From: Welwitschia mirabilis | Taxonomy: Eukaryota | Assembly: GCA_051453625.1 (NCBI GenBank) | Contig: JBOZIK010000001.1 | Span: 15,635,557-15,687,966 of the forward strand | DNA length: 52,410 bases | Direction: 5' to 3' | Shown here: in pieces, positions 40,496-51,190 of the stretch | Layout of the letters: every line of letters begins with the position of its first letter | Numbering within the stretch: the first letter of the stretch is position 1 | Program-made: the position numbers and the translations under genes | The notes under the pieces: generated by a model | What the model saw: only the letters and a program-made list of their open reading frames with translations | Told to the model about the DNA's origin: nothing | Databases searched by the model: none

Positions 40496-41860
40496 TTTAT
40501 TAGAGGAGATTCATAAGAAGAGGCTATCGAGGAGATCCAAAAGAAGAGGCTAAATACTATGATCGGTACTTTGATACTCTATGGTTGTGTGTCTTTGAAG
40601 CTAGAATATTCTTATTTACAAGATTTCGATAAGGTTACACTTCCGATAAGGGAAAGGATCCTTAAGGGCTAGGCTTTAGGAAAAAGTTCATTAATTTTAA
40701 GAATTCTATTCAAGGCTTTCAAGATTTGTTGTGTCTTCAATTTTTACACAGGTGAATTTTAGCCTCTCGAATAGCTTATTTGATGGTTTTCTTATGACCT
40801 TAGCTTAAATTATTTAGGAAATTTAAGTTAAATTTTTTCATAATTGGAACATTTAAGGAGTTTAGCAGAATATCCAGTGATATTTTAGGCATCTCTCAAA
40901 TCTAATGCTTCATGAATGCCTTTGTCCTCTTTAATAAGATGATGTCATTGAATATTTTCATCTTGGAGTTTTAGATTTCAAGAGAATACTACTAGAGCTA
41001 CAAGCTTATAAATCTCTATTAAAGATTGCATAGATCAATAGAGACTTCTACATCTTATAGAACTTTAAATTTTTCTTCTATGAGTTTTGTCTCGGGTAGT
41101 TGACATCTTCGAGGATACATTTCTTATTCTAGATGTCCTTACTTTCTAGAACATTATTTAGAACTTTGTCTCCTATAATACATTCTACTATTCTTTTTTT
41201 AAAGAAATATCACCACAAATCACCACTAGTGATTTTTATGTTGATGCAATAAGCATTTCTTTGATTGCTTGGATGACTTTTGTTTTTTATAGTAATTTCT
41301 TCAAAGTGAGAAATTAACAGTGAAAAAAATATCCTCTCCTTCCTATATTCATCGGTAAAAAGGTATCCTCTCCTTCCTATATTCCACAAATTATTGTGAA
41401 ATGAAAAGAATGATAGAAGCTATGCTTCCTCTTATAAAATTTAATGTACAAGTCATACCTACATAATTCCTTTTGTAGAAATTTAATATTGTAGAGGTCC
41501 ATCCACATTTAAAACATGGAAGAATACTTTAATTAAACTAGTATTATATTTTATTCTCTCTATAATCCAACTACAAAATGGAATCTACATCTTCTTTAGT
41601 ATCTTTTTTTTCCTCTTTATTTTCATAAGAATCATAGTGAACATAGTAAAGATACATACCATGATGAAGATTTAACATTTCTTTTGCTCTAATATGCCTT
41701 TTAGCACAAAGATATAAAGATTTTAGCTGAAAGAAATAAGGTCTTAGTTTTGTTGAGCAATAAAGAAAGTCGAACATTGATAGTATGAATTCTATCAAGC
41801 TAGTTGTGTAACATATTTCTTCCATAATGCAATTGGCATTAGTGAGTACCAGAATTGAAG

Positions 41861-42985
41861 GAGATTATAAGATTCAAACTTAGTCTAGATGGATGCCTTT
41901 ATTGTGATAATTACAGGACATCTATTATTGACTTTCATAGATACTATCCATAATGTTCATATGATCTATGTCTTACATGTTGTCAAGAACTCTGAGAAGA
42001 GATTCAACCACTTGATGTAGAAACTGATTCTACTAAATTTCAATTAAAAATAAGAGAAAAATAATAATAAATACATTATCATTCATAAAAAGCCTTGTAT
42101 GGATGAATCAATCTTTCTGAAGTGGATAGCAAATAGTTATGAAATCACACCTTGTTCCCCAAAATTTCTAAGAGGTTATGTTAATAGTTACTTCAACTAA
42201 GAAGGTTTTAAAAAATATTTGGATTGCTAAGATAGAAAAGAGTGCTAAGAAATTTGAAAGTAATGAAATTCTAGAATTTAAGGACAGTGATTTTGTAGTT
42301 CATACAATATATGTAGTGTCAGGCTTATTTTGGGATAATATAACTGATAATTTTCCTCCATTTTCATACCTAGTCATGGTTATATAGTATTTTCTTATTG
42401 AAAACCCAGCATTTTAGTTTCTAGAAATGGATACCTCATCAAAAGTTGAGTAATCCCACCTTTTACCTCAATCACTTGAAGGACACTATGCTACTCATGA
42501 GGATTGAAATGGAAGGTAAATTATATATGACATAATCCATTCCTGTCAATGTTGTATTTGGAAAAATAAAGGCTAAAGGCTATGCATCTTATAGTCCATA
42601 CCTCTTTCCATTCAGAATTCCCAAGGGCTTCTATTTAGTGATGTAAGCTTGTGGATCTATTAAACAGAAGCCTCATTTTGATCTGTGATATAAGTGACAT
42701 CAAAATACTTACTCATTTCAAAAGCTAGAAGCTATTCAAAATAACGTTGATGAATAAGCATATTATAGAAAGTCAAATATAGAAGACTACAATACTCAGT
42801 GGTGAAAAAACTATTACAGTAATCATGATGATGAAGGCATCCTTGCATTTGCATTTGCATTTAGATGAGATGCAAGTTAAATAACAAATGATGAGCATAC
42901 AGTTTACTCTTATGTAGTTCAATATTTGGAGGAATTTCTTTATATTCAAGGAAGGTATTTCTATAGTAAGAAGCCTCATGTAATT
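41861..42985 (+). pseudogene. KDM3/JHDM2-family (JMJ25/IBM1-like) JmjC histone demethylase pseudogene, apparently intron-less and partly deleted
   Basis: Reads LYCDNYRTSIIDFHRYYP*CSYDLCLTCCQEL*E (41897-41998), KWIANSYEITPCSPKFLRG...LLQLRRF...WIAKIEKSA (42120-42246), DNF, ...CDISD..ILTH (~42685-42716) and VQYLEEFLI...VRSL (~42917-42977). The order is colinear with plant KDM3 proteins. Confidence 0.88.
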
Positions 42986-43194
42986 TGCATTTGCTTTGAG
43001 TATTGCTAAAAAGGTATAGTATGATTCTAGTTATATTTCAAACCTTTGTTTTTATGAATTACTTTTCATTTATTTTTTCTTTTTGGAGATTTAGCAAATG
43101 CATTCTTATGAAATATTACAAAATATTTTTAATGTAATGTATCTTATAAAACTTGCATTTCATTTTTCAATGCAATTAAAGAAAATATCAAGAA

Positions 43195-43830
43195 TTGACA
43201 CATCATCATGTGTGTCCATTAGTTTTACTAGAGGTTCATCTGAGAAAGGCTCCTAGTTATCATCAGAGAGGAGATCAAAGTTACTTGGTATATGTTCTTG
43301 TGAAACATAAAGATGTGTATCTTCTTCACTTCTAGTGTTTGAAGTTATACTACTTAAAGTTAAACTAGATATTATACCTATATCTCCTTCTATATCCATA
43401 GGCTTAAACATTTAACTTTTCTAGTGGAATGAAAATCTTAACCTTGTTTCATGTTTATCATTAACTTTTCACCTTCTAATGCTAATTATTTTCTTTCATG
43501 AGAAGCTCCTTCCTAAGATGGGTGCAATAAAGTAGCTATAGAATCTTTGTTTATCATATCTTTCTTGCCAACATCCAACATCATGCCTCCAATAGCTTGA
43601 TTATTTGATTCTAGTTTTGATGTTCCTAAAGATATTGCATCTTTGCTAGTTGATAGCATTAATGATTCCTAAGAATTATCATTTTGTCTAGAATCCTCCA
43701 TGAAGAAATTTGTAGAATCTTAGATCACCTGTGATTTTTTCACTGTTTATAGTTGTTGTTATAGCTAATTTCCCTTAGCTGACTCTTCATCTACCTCATG
43801 AATTCTCCCTTCATGCCTAGAATTTTGTTA
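43195..43830 (-). pseudogene. Unidentified decayed coding-like segment(s)
   Basis: Long, mostly open minus frame (RHEGRIHEVDEESAKG...MINMKQ) with few stops, ending near a GT at ~43442. Partly duplicated at 49614-49770. Family not recognised. Confidence 0.3.
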
Positions 43831-45384
43831 GTTTTAGTAGCAAAGATACAATCTCTTTCTTGAGGCATTATCTTTCCTAACCATTATCTAGAATTAAATT
43901 AACAAAATGATGGTCTAAAATTTAGTGTTAAATGCCTTAGAAGTAAGGGTGCTTGCAATGAATGATCTTTCTTCTTTAGAGGATAAAATATTAATAGAAT
44001 ATCCTTTGTAGATCAATCAAATACTTACAGTTCTTTAAAGAAAGTTACACGGATATCGTAAATTCATAGATTGGGTAATGAAAACACAGAAACATAATGG
44101 AAAGAAAAGATTCATGATTTTAGTTGGAAAAACTACAATTCCCAAAGTCCAACACAAGTGCAAATGTGCTAAACCTTTGATGTAGAGGCCCTCTTATGAA
44201 ACCTTCCAATTGGTGATATTATAATATTCAAATGAATTAAATAAATCACGTGTGCTTTGACATATCCACTAGCAATATGTTTTCATAATTAAATAAAATT
44301 AAAGAAGATTAAAAGAAGATCCAAGGATGGCTATGACACAAACATGCTCATTAGTCAGTGGCCATCTTTTGATTGGCTTTTACACTACACAAATTAGATT
44401 TAGACATGCAAAGTAGGCTTAGATAATGAAGTAACAAGGATTACTATCTTTCTCTTGTAAGCTATTTAACATGAATTTATAACAAGATTTGTATTCAGAA
44501 AATGAAAATTCCATTATGACTTCTTCTCTAAATTGTGATAAATCACAATAATAAATGTAGGAAACTATCTCAGAATGGCTAGTAAATCAAGATCAAAAAA
44601 AGCATAATTTTATGGAAAAGATTTCATTACAAAACCAATATTTTGAAAATGCTTACTTTTTTCTCTTGGTCATTGTAATGTTAATGTCACATAATTAAGT
44701 TTTTAATTATAAAGATTCTTTTACCTAAGATCGAAAATAATAGAAACATCCCATCAACCTTCAAAATGAGTAGTGAAAATATGAAATCCATTATGGATTA
44801 AATGATGGTGATAAAGTCAATATTAAAGATGAGCTTTTAATTTTCTAAAGAAGAATAAAGTTAACAGATCAACAGAATGAACATAAATATCATCACATTT
44901 TCTACAAAGCCTATGTATAAAGCCTCATATATTTTATAAAAAAATAATCATAAGAAAGTAGAATGGGTAATGTGTCATTAAATTTTGATAAATTAGTATT
45001 AAATTATAAATCAACATCCATACCTAAAGATAATGAAGAAAAGGTATTGAAAATAGAAATACCATCTAAAAATAAACTTTTAAAAATAATAGGAATGGTA
45101 CTTTTTCCTCCTTTTTATTTTAGTTTCTGAGAATAATTAAATAATTTAATTCCCTTAGCTAATTTCACAAGTTATCTTTTGTTGAACTTGTAACTTTTTG
45201 TGCCAATTCATAGGTTTTTTATTGCCATAAATTTCTTCTTTTTTGGATTTTAAAGTAGTGATAAACAATTAAAAATAATAAAGTTTTTAAACAAAAGGAA
45301 TAAATAGGATGAATAAATCTTAGGAGGAAGTTACCAAGAGAGATCAACAGAGAAAATATGGGGTAAAGATTAAGTGAGAAAAGA

Positions 45385-45657
45385 ATGAGAAGCATTGGAA
45401 AACATATTTATGAAAAATAAGCCCTTAATTTGAATAGAAGGCCTTAGAACTTACATCAAGATTTGCACCTCTACAACTATATCCAAAAAGATGGCCATAG
45501 TCATGGAACTTCCTTAGCTATTAGAGCGAGTTTTTATTAAGACGGGGAAAAAGTTACAAACTAAGATGGATGAATCGTCTCCATCTAAATATGAAATGTG
45601 ATCATATTTGAGCTAATGAAAAAGATATTATTAGATTCTTAAAGTTATTTAATGTGG
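45385..45657 (+). pseudogene. R2R3-MYB transcription factor pseudogene fragment (R2 and start of R3)
   Basis: Reads MRSIGKHIYEK*ALNLNRRP*NLHQDLHLYNYIQKDGHSHGTSLAIRAS, frameshift, LLRRGKSYKLRWMNRLHLNMKCDHI*ANEKDII, versus consensus LxRGPWTxEEDxxLxxYIxxHG..AGLLRCGKSCRLRWxNYLRPxxKRG. Confidence 0.9.
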
Positions 45658-46835
45658 TCATATTTAATGTGGCCTTAAAGTAATCCTAAAGTTATTTAAT
45701 ATCTCAATGGCAGTTCATGTTCTTTAATGTTTGGGAGTTCCTATGTCATCCTGAGTATAAATATTCATGATGATTCCTTCATGTTTTCACATGTTGCAAC
45801 ACACTTATTCTATAATACTTAGAGAAGTTATCAGAATTTGAGAATAAAACAAATAAACTTTCTAAACTTAAAACATTCAAAATCATGTAATTTAGGTTAG
45901 TGATCTTTTACTATCACCATTCTTAACTAATTAATCCAACTGGAATAGTTTACAAATATCTTATGATTAGTTGTGTATGGAACCAAGTTAGTGGTTTTGG
46001 ATAGTAGTTTTTGTGTACAATTGTCATGCTTATAACAATTGGTTATGCCAACTAAATTTTGAATATGCTTATCAAAGAAATTTTAGAAAAAGTACAACTT
46101 TAAATACAACACTTACCTTAAAACATGTGTTAGGATCAAATAGAATAAATGAATTCATTTTTGAAAAATATTACAACAATTAAAATATGAAATAGCGAAA
46201 AAAATCTTATAGGAGAGAAATTCCTAAGAAACACAAATATAACCATATGTCTCTCATTTAAGGCTAAAATTAAGAAAAATAAAATTTAAACCTTCTATTT
46301 AGATATTTAAGGTGTTAACTATGTCGTGGCATGATACATAAATTTCATAGGCTATTATGCCATGTGGTTGAGAAAACAAGGTTTGAAAGTAGTTGTCTAT
46401 AGAAAAAGATAAGATATAAGGCATGTTAAAAGAGATATACCTTACAACTGTGAAGTTGCTATTAAAAGGAATATTACTGCTTCAATTGAACTTGCTTTTT
46501 TTTCCTCATAGTAAAATTTATGTTTAACAATAATGTATTTACTTCTTTTTATAAACAATTTTTTAATATGTTTGAGGGATTTATCATGTAAATTGTGTGC
46601 TATATTGTCAACATATTATTTTATTCATTATTTTCTCTATTTCAATGAAGTTATTTTACATTACATGTTAATCTTTACAATCAAATACATATTAGATTTG
46701 CCTTGTATGGTGTTTTTTTTTCATATAAAGATAGCATGCATAATTCTTTGTTATATATTTTGTTTGATAGTATGCCTTATAATTATTGCACATTTTCCTT
46801 ACCCTATAACTGCATATTATCAATTTATTATACAG

Positions 46836-46898
46836 GCAATGGTTGCATGTGGAGATCTTGGAGTAAAACTTCCAATTGAGGAAGTTCCTTTACTATAG
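46836..46898 (+). pseudogene. Single isolated exon of plastidial pyruvate kinase (beta-subunit type)
   Basis: TACAG|63 nt|GTAAAT encoding AMVACGDLGVKLPIEEVPLL* (consensus AMVARGDLGAELPIEEVPLLQ; CAG changed to TAG). Neighbouring PK exons are not seen. Confidence 0.92.
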
Positions 46899-49613
46899 GT
46901 AAATATTACCTTTACTATTTCCATGCATCTAAAATAATGCTACAATTTATTTAAGACTAATTATTTACATGTTATGTAGAATCTTGTCTACTTTGGATCC
47001 TGACCCAAGGATGCATCTTATCTACTTTGGTTCTATAATTAGAATATGTCTTTCAGAATTTGGTATTATGTATGACATTTTGACATAGTTATGCACACAT
47101 ATATTATGAACAAATACCATTCAATGGATGACATACATTTTGTTTGTTGCTTTTGATTTTCTTCTTAAGAGGTGGGGCTTAGTCTTATAATTTCATATGC
47201 ATTATTGATATAGCATAGATTGGACCATACTAATATGGTTCCATATAAACTCCTTTGAATTTGAGAACAATAATTTATTATTACTCTCAAACTAAAAGTC
47301 ATTTGAGCTTTGCACTTATGGTTTTCTACATATCACTTTACTGGGGGATAGGTTTTACTTGTTTGACATGCTTCCTACATGACGATGTCTTGTTGCCTTT
47401 TAGTTTAGGATGCTGATAAAATATGTTTCTTGTTTGATAGTAAAACGATGGCATAGTGTGAGGTCAACGTTTTCAATAAAGCCAGTAGTCATACAAAAAG
47501 GGATACAGAAGAGCCAATACTGTTATAGGCACTACGTAGCTACTAGATTGCTATATGTCAACTAGAAAGCCAATATGAGAAAGCAAAGATAGAAGGATAA
47601 GATTGATCTGCTTATGTAATATGTATGTATGATCTTTTTGTATTTTAGTGGACTTCCTTATTTGAATTTTAAAGAAGCTCAACTGCCCCCTTCTTGGAAG
47701 AACAGAGACATCAGTGGACCAAATTCTTTGGAGGAATAAGGGTGAACCCAAAAGTCTCAAAATTTGAAATAGTGATGCCTATCCAAGTTTTGCTTCCTAG
47801 TGGATAGTTTCAAAGTCATTTATCCTCTGTTTAATTTTCTTTATGTTTGGTAGACTAAGCTCTTTGTTTATTGCCAGATTACTCACTAAAGGAGGATACT
47901 AGTTACAACCACTCTGAATTTTCTATAGCTTCCTTTCCTACCTTCCTTTAACATAAATTGGAAGAATAGTTATGCACAATTAGACATTAAAGAAACAGTC
48001 ATATTATTGCATTGAGGTCCTCTGGTACTATGAGTGCCTTTGAAAGATTAGTAGTTCATAGGTAAGTGACCAATGGTCAAAAGAATTGGATTGATAAGAA
48101 GGCTATATTTATTTGTCTAAAGCATAAGTTTGTATTTGGAAATTTAATTGATTATGGATTATGGGAATTTATAGAATAATCCTTTGAATCATGTCTTGGC
48201 TTAAGTTGTCACTATCTGGTCAGTCCATATCTCTTTCTTTGTGTTCTTGTAAAACTATAAGGATTGATTGTTCTTAACTTCCAAGTAATTCTATTTGTCT
48301 CTGTAAATTGAATAAATTATTTGAGAAATAAACCTTTCTTGGATGAGTATTTAAATACTAGTTCCCTCTTCATTGGATAATGAAATTTACTTGAAAAACA
48401 AAATCTGCTTGCTGTAGAGTAGATTAATCTCCCAAAGAAAGATTAACATGTATTTGATGTTTTACATCAATATGATTAGTCCTTCCTGAATTTATTAATT
48501 CCTCCCCTGTATTCAAAACTAAACTTCTTGCAAATCCTTTCTATTGCCAAAAACGCCATCCTAGCCTCATTGACATGCCTACTAAACCACTTGATTAAAT
48601 GCCAAATCACTTACATTACTATTGTTATAGTGAAGCTACTAGCTTTGTAATTTCTTTTGGCAAAACATTATTGGTTAAATTCTAAATCATTGTTGAACTA
48701 GTTGATGAGGTAGAAATAATATGTAAGAGTCAAGTGAAAGAAGGAATCACTGTACATGTCAAACTAGTCTTCCAAAGCTTCCTACTTAAAGGTGATAATA
48801 CTAAAGTTTGTGAAACTTCTCATTCCAAGCTTATATATTTCTCACAAAAGACCAAATAGGTATGGAGTTATTTCATAGAAAGACACATTTTCATTTGCAT
48901 GCTTTTATGATAGATAACTTGGATTTTCTTTTAATGCCTTTGCAAAAGAATTATATCATTAGAAGTAATGCCTTTACGGTCCTTCAAAGGATGTTAGTCA
49001 CAGCTAAAATCTCCTTTTCTAGTAGTGTTGCTTAACCATTAACATTACACAAAATTAACTGAATCCATGCTTTTTACCATTTACATTTTGATGTTCTTTT
49101 TATTCACTAATCATATTAATTTTTTTGGTCTTCATTTCTTTGTTGAGATATTTTGGTTAAAATGGCTTCTGATTATACTTCTTTTCTAAATTAGATACAC
49201 TTAACAATCTGCAAGGATGGAGATGGAACAGATGACTCTAATGGAGATGTTTGCTCTTCTGAGACATGATATGATAAGTGAATTGTTTTGTTTTCTCCTT
49301 TTCCCTCTTATACTTTCTTCATACACATATGTTATGATATTTATTAATGAAGAGGAAACATTATGCTACTACACATCAAAAATCAGGCATGGTTTAGATG
49401 ATATTTATAAACATTTTGGTATTTATAACCTTGAAAATATATTAATTTACTAAAGTTTATGGGCTAAGTATGTAAAAATTGATGTTTTAAATGTTCCATG
49501 ATTTCTAAATTGGNNNNNNNNNNNNNNNNNNNNNNNNNNNNNNNNNNNNNNNNNNNNNNNNNNNNNNNNNNNNNNNNNNNNNNNNNNNNNNNNNNNNNNN
49601 NNNNNNNNNNNNN

Positions 49614-49770
49614 CGTTCCTAAGAATTATCATTTTGTTTAGAATCCTCCATGAAGACATTTGTAGAAGCTTAAATTACCTGTGGTTTTTTAACTATTTCT
49701 AGTTATTGTTGTAGCTAATTTCTCTTAGCTAACTGTTCATCTACCTCAGAAATTATTCCTTCATAACCTA
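49614..49770. repeat. Diverged direct duplicate of ~43665-43820
   Basis: TTCCTAAGAATTATCATTTTGTxTAGAATCCTCCATGAAGAxATTTGTAGAA...CATCTACCTCA is present at both sites. The left end is lost in gap 49514-49613. Confidence 0.9.
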
Positions 49771-49916
49771 AAGTAAAGGCCTTCCTTTTAATTATCAGTA
49801 ATTCTTTTTGAATTTGTATTTTGTCAAATAATGATGTCCTATGTTCAATGATTGCATGATTCTAGAATTATAGTTATCAAATGGGCATGTCTGTGGTGAT
49901 TTTTTTTCTTTTACAG

Positions 49917-50814
49917 AATGTAGATAGTACTCTTAAATCCAGGCTTTTCATATCTGGAAATTTACAGTTTCAAAGGAATGCTAATGTTTCAAATTCAAAT
50001 AGATTGAATGCAACTAACAGTTTTTGAACAATTGTATCTATAAACCATTCAAGTAGCACAGGTTATTTAAAACTGATGTACATGGGGTGAATCCTCGAGT
50101 CCTTCAAATGATAGAAAACACAATTGTTGATAGAATTTCCTCACTTAAATGGAATGACATTGGTAATTTAATTCCTCTCTAGCCTTATTCTTTCCTTTTC
50201 TTTTATGATTTTTGATTGTTAATCTTGCTAGTTTTGATAGTAAACTATGACCTATGATAAACCCTCAAATATCATTACCATGTTAGATGATGGAGTATAA
50301 CTAACCTCTTCTAATTATTCATGATTTGATCATTTTCATTGATTTTATTTCCAGGTGAACTCTCAAAACCAAAGAAAGCTTTGATGAAAATGGTTATTTT
50401 ACCAACAAAGAGAAGAGATCTTTCAGTGGTCTTAGAAAACCAGCTAGAGGTATGTTATTTTAAGAGTATTTTTGTTATGCACTTTAAGTATGTTTTAGTA
50501 TTATTAGTGTCTTAATAGACACTATTCTCTTTATTGTAGGACTACTTTTTGGACCTCCAAGAAATGGTAAAACAATGCTGGCCAAGGTTGTTGCATTAGA
50601 ATATGAGGCTACATTCTTTAGTGTGACTACCTTATCCTTAACATCAAAATGGGTACAATATTTTTATGATACTTGTGACATGCATTTCTTAAATTTCAAT
50701 TATTTATTAGCCTGCCATTTTGTTTTTTGATAAGTTTATGAGGCTGAAGAGCTCATGAAAGCTCTATTCTCTATTACATCTGTAAGACAACCATTTGTTA
50801 TACTCATTAATGAG
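49917..50814 (+). pseudogene. Spastin-like AAA+ ATPase pseudogene fragment, four exons with introns (~49917-50162, 50355-50449, 50540-50652, 50734-50814)
   Basis: Reads VLQMIENTIVDRISSLKWNDI / KKALMKMVILPTKRRDL(frameshift)SGLRKPAR / [29 protein letters not shown]...LTSKW / VYEAEELMKALF...RQPFVILINE. Defects: a frameshift, Walker A G>R, Walker B D>N, and an AG>AA acceptor. Confidence 0.92.
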
Positions 50815-51190
50815 GTAGGGATTTAATAATAATTTCATTTTCCTTATACAAAGTGATTCTCTTTCTTACACTATTTCTTTAAGGCAATTAGCATCTTTTT
50901 CTTCTAAGAGAAAGTCAATGAGCCATTTTGTTAGTCCCATATTTTACTGTAAAGTTCTAATTTGAGTTTACATAAATGGTTGATTAACAAGATAGTAATT
51001 GAAATTAGGTCACAAGGTTTTAAGAGGTTTGGTTTTTAAACTTCTAGAATTTTATGTCTTGGCATTCTTTTCAAAATATGTAGGCATAATAATTAAATTT
51101 TGCATAAGGGTTAGGCCTTCCATGACTTAAGAATACATTCACTTCATAGAGAAATCTTAAATACTGATACTTTATATGTGATCACATGCC

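Noticed and set aside
46533-46898. 121-aa ORF as a membrane protein gene
   Set aside because: The hydrophobic part is T-rich intron-like read-through; only the last 63 nt are a real pyruvate kinase exon.
48330-48860. Possible LINE or LRR fragment (minus strand IERICKKF)
   Set aside because: Only one short motif, with no supporting neighbours in any frame.
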